DNA from: Salisapilia sapeloensis CBS 127946
Lineage: Eukaryota > Protista > Oomycota
Length of the DNA stretch: 64,000 nt
Assembly (NCBI GenBank): GCA_023334545.1
Contig: JAADVB010000048.1
Span: forward strand, 29,397-93,396
Direction: 5' to 3'
Shown piece after piece: positions 1 through 9,643 of this stretch. The translations under genes and the position numbers were made by a program. The stretch's first letter is position 1. The number at the start of each line of letters is the position of its first letter. The notes under the pieces are model-generated. The model made no database searches and was not told the origin of the DNA. It worked only from the letters and a program-made list of their open reading frames with translations.

Positions 1-2061
1 TTCGTGAGTCACCAGAAACCTACTAAACAGCCACTACCTGCTGCTACTTCTGAGACAAAGGAACCGAGCAAGAAGAAGAAGAAAAAGAATGACAACAATG
101 CTTCCAAGGCCAAGAGTGACGCCAATGTAGCCAAGTCCAAGACCAAGAACGGGAAACCTGCTCCAGGAGAACCGATTGTAAACCCTCCTTTATCTGAAGT
201 TAAGCTATCCAAGTGGGATGCATTCAAACTGCACAATACGCTACGCCAATCGCTCTATCGCTGCCAGTTTGTATCGCCCACTCCAATCCAGGAGCAAACG
301 ATCCAACCAGCGTTGCTAGACAATAGGGACATTGTCGGTGCAGCTCCTACAGGTTCCGGTAAGACCCTCGCTTTCGGTCTTCCGATCCTCCACCGTCTAT
401 TAGAAGAACGAGAATCGCAAGGAGAAAGCTACACGAGAGAATGCAAAGCGCTCATTCTAACGCCAACAAGAGAACTCGCACTACAGATCCAAAAGCATAT
501 GGAGAGTATGGTACCTGGGAAGGAAATTGGTATCGTCGCCATTGTTGGAGGTATTGCTCTGCCAAAACAGAAGCGACTGCTGAGCTACCGTCCAGAAGTA
601 GTGATCGGAACGCCTGGTCGACTCTGGTCTCAGCTTGAAGACACGGACATTACTCATTTACAAGGTATTGGAGACACGCTCCGCTTCCTCGTAGTCGACG
701 AAGCCGATCGGATGCTTCAGACAGGCTCTTTCCCAGAGGTCCAGAAGATCTTTGACATAGTCAAGAAGAGAGGCAACCGAGCTCTAGCTCCTGATCCGAT
801 CAATCTCTCGGACAATGAAGAGGAGGAAGAAGAATCCGAGGATGAAGAAGCTATGGGAGGTGAAGTGCAAGTGCCTATGCTCAGTGACGTGATGAAAGAA
901 GAGGAAGATGAGGAAGATGAGGAAGAGAGTGAAGAGGAAGAAGAGGAAGAAGAGGAAGAAGAGGTGGAACAAGTCGCTCCAACACCTCGTGTGATCCGTC
1001 AGACGTTCCTCTTCTCCGCCACATTGACTATTCCTGAAAGTGGTCGCTTCCAAGGGAAGAAGAAGAAGCAACGCAATGCCTTGACAGTCTTGGAAAGTGT
1101 CATGAAAAAGGTGGGACTACGTGGTAAGCCTGCTGTCGTGGACCTCAGTGCAGCTGAAGGCACGAAAGCAGTCAAAAAGGACCCATCGCTTTCTTTGCCT
1201 GAAGGTCTAGAGCTATGTGAGCATGAAGTCACGAACGACAGTCGAGATGCGTATCTGTACTACTTCTTAAGCCAGTATCCTGGTCGTACTATTGTCTTTC
1301 TCAACGCTATCCAGCAAGTTCGGAAGCTCGCGTCTTTGCTGCAGCTACTAGATCTCCCGGTCTTGGCTCTTCATGCCGAGATGCAGCAACGACAGCGGTT
1401 GAAAAAATTGGACCAGTTCCGGAGTCAAAAGAACGGTATTCTCATCGCCACAGACGTTGCAGCTCGAGGTCTCGATGTCCCAAGCGTAGACTATGTTGTC
1501 CACTACCACATTGCGCGGTCAGCAGAGGTTTTTGTGCATCGCAGTGGACGTACAGCCCGTGCCGGCACGGACGGACTGAGTCTCTCCCTGGTGTCTCCTG
1601 TCGATAGCAAGTACCATACACAGATCTGCCGCATGCTCCAGCGTCCGACAGGTCTGTCGGAATTCCCATTTGACCATCGGTACATGCCTATGTTGGAAGA
1701 ACGTTTGCGTGTAGCCAAGAAGATCAATGAAAGCGACAATGCCGAGAACAAGACGAAATCAGAGGAGAATTGGTTGCTACAAATGGCTGAAGCAGCGGAC
1801 TTGGAGCTAGACGAGAGCACTCAAAAGGCTTTGAATGCGAAAAAGGCGAATGGGAAGAAACCAGTCGGATCTCATCGTCATGAGCTGAAGCAATTGCTCA
1901 GCCAACCGCTTCGACCGGTTGGGTCGACGAGGAAATTTCGTCCGATTCATGAAGAGATAGGTAAGAATTTGGGGAAGGATGGGGAGTATCGGAAGCGAGA
2001 TGCAGGGGAAGATTTGTCTAGTAAGGGTAAACGATCGTACAAGCGTTTCCGCCGAAGATAA
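1..2061 (+). CDS. DDX24: DEAD-box RNA helicase DDX24/Mak5 (probably 5'-truncated by window edge)
   Basis: Motifs PTPIQ, GAAPTGSGKT, PTRELA, DEAD, FLFSAT, ATDVAARGLD and HRSGRTARAG; acidic insertion between motifs II and III typical of DDX24/Mak5. Frame is open to base 1 and the ORF starts at GTG. Confidence 0.9.
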   Translation, partial: FVSHQKPTKQPLPAATSETKEPSKKKKKKNDNNASKAKSDANVAKSKTKNGKPAPGEPIVNPPLSEVKLSKWDAFKLHNTLRQSLYRCQFVSPTPIQEQTIQPALLDNRDIVGAAPTGSGKTLAFGLPILHRLLEERESQGESYTRECKALILTPTRELALQIQKHMESMVPGKEIGIVAIVGGIALPKQKRLLSYRPEVVIGTPGRLWSQLEDTDITHLQGIGDTLRFLVVDEADRMLQTGSFPEVQKIFDIVKKRGNRALAPDPINLSDNEEEEEESEDEEAMGGEVQVPMLSDVMKEEEDEEDEEESEEEEEEEEEEEVEQVAPTPRVIRQTFLFSATLTIPESGRFQGKKKKQRNALTVLESVMKKVGLRGKPAVVDLSAAEGTKAVKKDPSLSLPEGLELCEHEVTNDSRDAYLYYFLSQYPGRTIVFLNAIQQVRKLASLLQLLDLPVLALHAEMQQRQRLKKLDQFRSQKNGILIATDVAARGLDVPSVDYVVHYHIARSAEVFVHRSGRTARAGTDGLSLSLVSPVDSKYHTQICRMLQRPTGLSEFPFDHRYMPMLEERLRVAKKINESDNAENKTKSEENWLLQMAEAADLELDESTQKALNAKKANGKKPVGSHRHELKQLLSQPLRPVGSTRKFRPIHEEIGKNLGKDGEYRKRDAGEDLSSKGKRSYKRFRRR
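814..965 (+). repeat. GAA/GAG-rich poly-Glu/Asp low-complexity tract within DDX24
   Basis: Repeated gaggaagaa units encoding SDNEEEEEESEDEE...EEEEEEEEEE. Confidence 0.85.
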
Positions 2062-2223
2062 ATAGAATCGATTTTTTTTCCATTTACATTTTAGTCTGTG
2101 CATATTGAGCATGAAAAATTCACTCCGTTGGAAGGTTGGACGTTGTTGCCTTCTAGAAGTTGGTGGCTGTCCCAAGTGGAGTGGCACATGTCTATGTGCC
2201 CTTATTCCTACAAATAAAGCGAA

Positions 2224-2730
2224 ATGGGAAGCAGAGAGCAGGTGTTAATGGAGTCTCACGCGAACGCAAGTGGGCCGACGGGCGACGAGGACGAGGAGAA
2301 TAAAATATACTACGGCTTTGGCGTCTTCATGGGACTGCCGCTTGCGGACTTGAAAGTCATGCGGGATAACTATCTACGAGAACACGCTGCCCACTTGATC
2401 ACGCCGGAGAGCAATGACGGCGCGAACGAGATGGGGGACTACGACCAAGATGACACCAATCAGCTAACTTCTAGTAGCACGTATCAGACATCGTATCCGA
2501 GGCTGCAAGAAAATGGCGAGCGCGAAGCGAATGCATCCACCCCAACTACACAATACACGAGCGACACAAGTCGAGGTGCGTCCTCGGTGCTAGGGAGGAG
2601 AAGGCGTGACGAAGACACGGTCCAAGGCCGTTACTCTACAGCGCAACGCCAGCGGGACGACCATAGTGACGGTACTGACGAAAGCGACGGTTCTGGCAAT
2701 TCCCACTCGATCCATTTCATCTTGCACTAA
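2224..2730 (+). CDS. Hypothetical protein, 168 aa, mostly low complexity
   Basis: ATG-to-TAA ORF with coding-like composition; only ordered-looking part is YYGFGVFMGLPLADLKVMRDNYL. Confidence 0.5.
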   Translation: MGSREQVLMESHANASGPTGDEDEENKIYYGFGVFMGLPLADLKVMRDNYLREHAAHLITPESNDGANEMGDYDQDDTNQLTSSSTYQTSYPRLQENGEREANASTPTTQYTSDTSRGASSVLGRRRRDEDTVQGRYSTAQRQRDDHSDGTDESDGSGNSHSIHFILH

Positions 2731-4352
2731 ATCGCAGTGGGTCGTAGAGAGCATAAGTTAAGAGTCAAGCATGGAGGAAACAGACGGCTAATGGCGGTTG
2801 CGTACTTGCATACCGAATATATTCTTGCGTCTTTGCGTTGCAAATTGTACTTTTTGCGGTCGTCACCCGTCGAGTGCCGATAGGAACCGAGTGGACGGCA
2901 GACAGTTCTCGGCGGAGGAGGTACTTGAACGGTAGGAAAAGGGCGTAGCTTCACATCGACTGTGAAGGATGAACAGAGCCGACTCTCGAGGTACGCAATT
3001 GAGATCACAATCAACGAGGAGATTCTCTAAATCACATCAGATAAAAGAGCACATGTACATATCGCATTATTGCTCTACGAGATGCTCTTCCATCGGCGCT
3101 TCTTTCTTCCGTCGTAAGCATTATTCCTCCCACTCGACTCGTCGATCAAATTGGTAATGAGAAAGGTTAGTGTCACAAGTAGAAGTTGCGAGTTTACCAT
3201 AAGATTGACAGGTACGAGGGAAACAAGGATGTAGTCGAGAAGACAGCAAAGACGGGAATTACACGACATGCTGCTTTTAGGATGCAAGCAGGAAATTCGT
3301 GCGTGGAGACGAAAAAGCGTAACATCACGAGCACGAATTGTCGACAGAAGCGTCAAGGTATCGGTAATCAATTCCAAAAGTGGATCATTTCAATTTCTAT
3401 TTTATAATAGAGTCTTCCCTCGCAAAGATGAACTCCTAATAAATAATATGACGCAACGAATGATCAAAATCGGCCAATTTGAAGTCCATCGTTTTTAAAT
3501 AGATTTTCTAATTCGAGGTAAAAACAATCAAAACTACCTAACATAATAATTGATCTGCAAAAAGTGCAAATTTGATCGATTTAACCACTGTCTTCATAAT
3601 AAAATCCGTCTATCCTAGTAATTTATTGTTTGATGGTCTTCTATACGGGTGTACTATAAGATTTGCCATCATAAATGTTTTTCCATGTTCCCCATGGAAG
3701 AAATCTTGGCTTAAATCTCCACACGATAATCTATCGATCGTTAATTTCTATTGGTCAATATTACGACAGTCTCACAATATAGACCTGGCCGTTACTATTG
3801 CACTACCTTCAAGCATAATAAATTTTCAAACATGATAATTCATTGTATAACGCTTCTTCACGATGATAATCATTTGTGGGAGTTCTGGCTGTATCATCGT
3901 ATCTGAAGTAGTATCTGTAGCCAAGTACAGTACGAATTGCCGGGTACATCGCTTCGGCGGATATATTTCGTCTGGAACTACCTTCTGACCCATCATATTG
4001 ACTCCTACGTCACATACGGTCTACATGGCGCACACGTACAACTCAACAATCAGCATTTCGATATTGACTGCCAGTGCCAGGTATGATAAGGATGTCAAGC
4101 AGTATGGACTGCGAATGCACGGGTCTGACTGTGCACGAGATCCCTCGCGGCTGTTGCAAATCGTTTATGACCATCAAATCTAAACAAAGTGTCGACTAGC
4201 AAGGATGATGCAACAGACGATACATACGAATGGAGATGCCAAAGGTAGCAGCCTCCATCTTTTATCGTCCCTCGAAGCAATTAGCAACGGGACGCTATCA
4301 TCGTCGCCGCAGCCTTTCAATTTGCTTCATCATTTCTAAAAACGCAGCGAGG

Positions 4353-5366
4353 ATGGAAAGACACCAGTGGCAACAACTTGTGGACGCAGCAACAGGCTGG
4401 ACACCTACCGACTATCTTACCTTTCAGGTATACGTCGAAGGTCATCCGGAAACTGTTGGACATATCCTCCCGACTTTTGCCAAGGTTTGTCAACTATAAC
4501 GAGCATGATACCCAACTTTCACTTTACTAAACGATTCTCTGTAGAAACTCAACCAATTCCCACAGCTCTTGGAATGTCGTCCGAACAGCATCGTCTTACG
4601 ACGCGAGTTTGACTCGACTGAAACCCGCACCGAAGCCTTTAACCAGATCATGGACACGCTTCGAAAGCAAGGTGAATTCCCTCGTTGGACCAACGAGACG
4701 TACGCCGCGAAACTCGAGTTTGACTCGGCTCCTCTCTTCTACTACGACCGTGGCGTCGCACCTGACTTTGGTCTGAAAATGTACGGCACCAACCTGAATG
4801 GCTATGTCTGCGACGATACCACTGGTCGGATTACCGGTATCTGGATCGCAAAGCGAAGCATGAGCCGCAGTTCCTGGCCTGGACGACTCGAGCCAATGGT
4901 CGGTGGTGGGTTACCAGCAGACACGGCTCCTCGCGACAGCATGGCACGAGAAGCATATGAAGAAGCTGGACTCAGCCCAGAGTGGGTGAAACCTCGTCTG
5001 AGTGCCTGCGACACGATTACCGCTCTCAAGGATTCAAAGAAGGGGTTAATTAACCAGTCTTCCTTCATCTACGACGTCCAAATGCCACGCGACATGACAC
5101 CAAAGCCAGTGGACGGCGAAGTGGAAAGCTTCTATCTGTGCGCACCAGGTGAGCTGATTTCGCTCTTGGCGCAACGTCCAAACCTTTTCCGGCCGGAAAC
5201 GGCGCTCGTCCTCGTCGACTTTGCCATGAGACACGGACTCCTGTCCTGCCAGGACTTGGACGACTTCACAGAGTTCCGAGATGCTCTGGAGGAGCCCAAG
5301 TCGATTGAAGAGCCGCTCGCTATGCAGAGCAGTCCTACCAGCATTCATCAGCCGCTTGGTCTTTAA
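4353..5366 (+). CDS. Nudix hydrolase, YJR142W / NUDT20-like with DUF4743-type N-terminus (2 exons)
   Basis: Nudix box GGGLP...AREAYEEAGL, IWIAKRS, WPGRLEPMVGGG, PKPVDGEVESF. In-frame 60-nt GT-AG intron 4485-4544 joins an ATG at 4353 to ORF 4569..5366. Confidence 0.85.
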
Positions 5367-5462
5367 TAATTTTGCACCAAGGGTTCCGAGATGAATCAAG
5401 TACATGAACGTGAGTGAAGATTTTCCATTAAATGTCAATGAGAAACTTTTTAAAGTTAATTG

Positions 5463-6876
5463 TTAGTTCATTACATCCCAACGACTCTTTCTTATCCTAG
5501 GTACCTCTCGTTGCGACGCAAGGGAAGCATCATGGATGGTGTGCGTCGCAGCTGGCCGATTTATTGACGGTACCTGCTGATAAGTACAAGGTATCGTCAA
5601 TGGCAACGACTCATCGACTTGTTCCGCTTTTCCAGACAATTTTCGAAAATTTGTCACAAGCTCCTTGGCTCGACTCAGTCGCATGGCCTTTGCATCCTCC
5701 TCAAACGTTTCTTTCGTCGGTGATGTTGTAGTGGAGATTTCGCCTTCGGAGTCGCTCTGTATTGACTGTCATACATATCTTTTCTCGATACCACGTTGGA
5801 TGGAATTGTACGTACGTTACTATAGTCGTCAGTAAGAAGTTTTGGCGCTGGATTTACGTGGGGAGTGACTTTTGTCTTCTTCTCTGATGCCGGATGGAGC
5901 AGCACGTTCGGCGGATCATCTCGTAAGAGACAATAGTACTCGTGTAGCGCACTCGAAGGATCCAGAAATGCAAAAGATGCATTTCCGACCTGACGAACCT
6001 ACAAGAGAACATAAAGCCTGGTTAATACCCACTAATCTCTTCCATATATGCTCGCTCGCAGAATGTATTATTTGACTCGTAGCTTTGGCAAGTTCATTAT
6101 CAGAGTATTAAAGGTTTTGGGCAAGCATGATTATACATGGCTCGACCAGGAGCCAACATAAACTACTTTTATCCGCTTTCAAGCATTTTAATGATAGATA
6201 AGATAGAGCTTACGCGTAGCATGACTTCAAGCTGTGGATGGGATCGCACCCTTTGAGCTGTGGACCAAATGACGTCGTGTTCTTTTGCACTAGACGGCTA
6301 TGATAATATAACGTAAAGATGGATTGAAAGCCTTACATATTGAGAAAATACCGGAGTGATGTTGTTGGGAAGTTTCATGAAAGGAATGTACGCTTCGTGC
6401 TCATCCTGCGAGAGATCTTCATGTACATGCGCATCCTCTGGATACGAATATGCAAAGCGAGTGTCTACATTGGTAGTCTTTTCTTCGACTGGAGGATATT
6501 CTGCCTCATAATCATGATATCGAAGCCAGTGAAGACGAGAAGCGGTTTCCTCATCTACCGCCGAATCGTTTTGGTCAATGAACTGTAGCTTTCGCTTTCG
6601 ACTTTTGTACCGTTTGAATGAATGCTCGTCTTGCAATAGGTTACGAGCATCATAACGGTCCAGCCACAGCGGACTAGTACTCTGGACTTGAGATTGAGAT
6701 TGCCACTCAATCAAATGCATCTCTTGATGCAAATTATACGCCGTTGACGGATCTTGCAAAACAGTACAAGCATAGCCACGAACTCCAGACATTAGTGGAT
6801 GAGTTTCTGCGACCTTATACTGATGTATCGACTCGAATTGACCATGCGTAAGCTGCGTGGTGTCCTCCATAGGCAT
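5463..6876 (-). CDS. SFSWAP: Suppressor-of-white-apricot (SFSWAP)-like splicing regulator: DRY_EERY domain + SURP domain (4 exons)
   Basis: LDRYDARNLL and WLRYHDY (DRY_EERY). Spliced SURP: IWSTAQRVRSHPQLEVMLR|VRQVGNASFAFLDPSSALHEYY. Introns near 6300-6350, at 5999-6213 and a 50-nt one near 5767-5816 restore the frame into ORF 5463..5684. Confidence 0.75.
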
Positions 6877-7050
6877 TGTATTCTAAATCGTCGTCATACG
6901 TTGTCTTGGTGGCTACTTTTCGAATAAGTCGGCTAATAAAGTAAAACAAATGAATAAAATGAGTAATATTGGTACTGATTTACAGACCAACAGAATAGTA
7001 GTCACGTACTTCTACTAGCACCACGGACAGCTCTTCTCTGCGACTTTACC

Positions 7051-9425
7051 ATGGCTAAATCCACTGACAAGCCCTCTGAAGGCATCTCCACGACTCGCCT
7101 CTATGTGCAGAACTTGCCGATATACGTTGACACCGCTAGGCTGCGTGAACACTTTGCAGCTCAAGGCGAAGTCACGGACGCTTGTGTCATCCGGACAAAG
7201 GACGGAAAGACATCTCGACGATTCGGCTTCGTCGGCTTTAAAACACCAGAGCAGGCGAGTCATGCTAAGGACTTTTTCCATCGCTCGTTCTTTGATACGT
7301 GCCGACTCGATGTCAGCTTTGCTAAAGCGCGAGAGTCGAAAGACCTAGGACGTCCATGGAGTAAGCATTCACAATCTAGTACACAGGCATCAGACGCTGC
7401 CGCACCGTCCGATTTAACAGGAATGGACGTACCAGAAGCGTCTAAGGATGACAAGGAAGGCACTAGTAACAGTAAAGAGTTTCATGAGTTTATGGAGACG
7501 ATGCAGGCACGTAGTAAGGCAAAGTTTTGGGCGAACGATGACTCTGGTTTAGCCAAAGACACTGCTCCAGTAAAGGAACAGAAAGACTCGGATGCCGAGT
7601 CTGCAAGTGAAAGTGATGATGAGTACGAAGACTTGGACAAGTCGAAGCAGACTCCTTCGAAGGAGATGAGTGACCTCGATTTCCTCAAGTCCAAGATGAG
7701 TAAGAAAGTAGATAACGAAGAGGAGTCTGCTCCTTCTGATAACGAAGAGCCGAAGGGTACAGCGAAGAGTGAAAAGCAGGTTGAAGAAACACAACCGTCT
7801 ACTCGTCTCTTCGTCCGTAACTTGCCCTTCAGTGCCGTCGAGGAGGACCTCACAACTCTTTTCTCCACGTATGGCCCTGTCACGGAAGTGCATATGCCAC
7901 TGGACGACAGTCGGCGTCGTAAAGGCTTTGCTTTCGTCAACTTCGGCTCGACTGTCGATGCTCAGAACGCACTGAACGGACTAGACGGATCGGACTTTCA
8001 AGGACGCCTGCTCCATGTCATCTACGCTCGAGGTCGTCCGCAGCAGGAAGAGAGTCCAGAGGACGATGAGAATCTTACGTACAAGCAGAAGAAGGAAAAG
8101 GAGCGACAGAAGCAAGCGAACGACCATCGTGGATGGAACGCTTCGTACATTCGAGGCGACGCGACGGTCGGGTCGTTGGCACAGCGCATGGGCGTGGAAA
8201 AAGGTGACATTATGGACCATGAGAAGGGGAACATGGCCGTCAAGTTGGCGATTGGTGAGACGATGCTAGTCAAGGAGAACAAAGACTTTTTCCTCGAGGA
8301 AGGAGTCGATCTGTCGGCAATTGAAGGCGCATTGACGAAGGACAGTCGCAAGGAAAAGCAGAAGATTGATCGTAGCACGACTGTACTACTTGTGAAGAAC
8401 TTGCCACATTCGACGGACGAAGAAGAGTTGGCTCAGCTCTTTCGGAAGTTTGGAGAGCTAGGAAGGTTCCTCCTTCCGCCATCCAAGACACTAGCATTAG
8501 TCGAATACTTGGAACCCTCGGAAGCTCGAAAGGCATTCCGAGCGCTTGCTTACAAAAAGTATCAGCATGTGCCGTTGTACTTGGAGTGGGCACCAACGAA
8601 AGTGTTTACGAAAGCAGCGTCTTCTAGTCGCAAGGGTGTGAAGCAAGTGCAAGACCTGCCGATGGACAAGACGGAAGAGGAGGTCGAGAGTGAAGAAGCT
8701 GGCAACACGATCTTTGTCAAGAACCTCAACTTTAGCACCAAGGAAGATGGGCTAGAGAAGACATTCAAGGGCGTTGGCAAGGTACGCAAGGTGACGGTGG
8801 CGAGACGAAAGGATCCGAAGAGAGGCATGCTCAGCATGGGTTTTGCCTTTGTCGAGTTTGCTACCAAGAAAGATGCTGATCGTGCCGTCCAGACGCTTCA
8901 GAAGACCGTCCTGGATGGTCATGCGCTCGACCTAAGCATCAGTCGGAAGCGTCGACGGGAGGAAGCTGCTACTCCGGGAAGCAGTAAAGAGGCTCAGAAC
9001 AAGATCATCGTTCGAAATGTGGCGTTCGAAGCGACGATCAAGGAGATTCGTGAACTGTTCGGTGCCTTCGGGCAGCTCAAGCGTGTGCGTATGCCCAAGA
9101 AGTTTGACGGCAAGCACCGTGGCTTTGCCTTCGTTGAGTTTTTGACCGAGCAAGAGGCTCAAAACGCCTTCGCGGCGCTAGCTAGTTCCCATCTGTACGG
9201 CCGACACTTGGTGCTCGAGTGGGCTAAGGCAGAGGACGATTTGGACAGTCTTCGTGCCAAGGCGAGCAAGGACTTGGCTGCAATTGCAGGTACTAACACG
9301 TTATGTATACGTCAACGATTGTATTTGCTGTTGGCAGCTTAGGAGTATGTGTGCTAAGGATGTGTGTTATAGATTCCGACCGGAAGCGCGCCAAGGTGGA
9401 TGCAGAAGACGACGACGAGTTCTAG
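7051..9425 (+). CDS. RBM19: Multiple-RRM pre-rRNA processing protein Mrd1/RBM19 (5 RRMs, short terminal exon)
   Basis: Five RRMs with RNP motifs (LYVQNLP...RFGFVGF, LFVRNLP...KGFAFV, LLVKNLP, IFVKNLNF...MGFAFV, IIVRNVAF...RGFAFV); RSKAKFWAND; MAVKLAIGET. Intron from about 9290 to last exon DSDRKRAK...EF*. Confidence 0.92.
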
Positions 9426-9643
9426 GTTAGATGTAATAGATAGGCAACAAGATGGATATGGAACAAGTGAGATCAAAGTGAGGTATTCAGCAAGGAGGAG
9501 GGAGCAGTCCAACCTTTAGACAGTGGAAAGCCACCCGTCCTCCGAGTCTGATCATCTTACTAACTTAAGGCTAGCTTGGCTAATGAAAGAATTGAAAAAA
9601 CAACTTGAGACTTGTCCATCCGCACACTTGGCACTAGAGCAGC

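Noticed and set aside
814-965. Acidic insertion in the DDX24 helicase core
   Set aside because: An insertion at this position is a known trait of the DDX24/Mak5 family.
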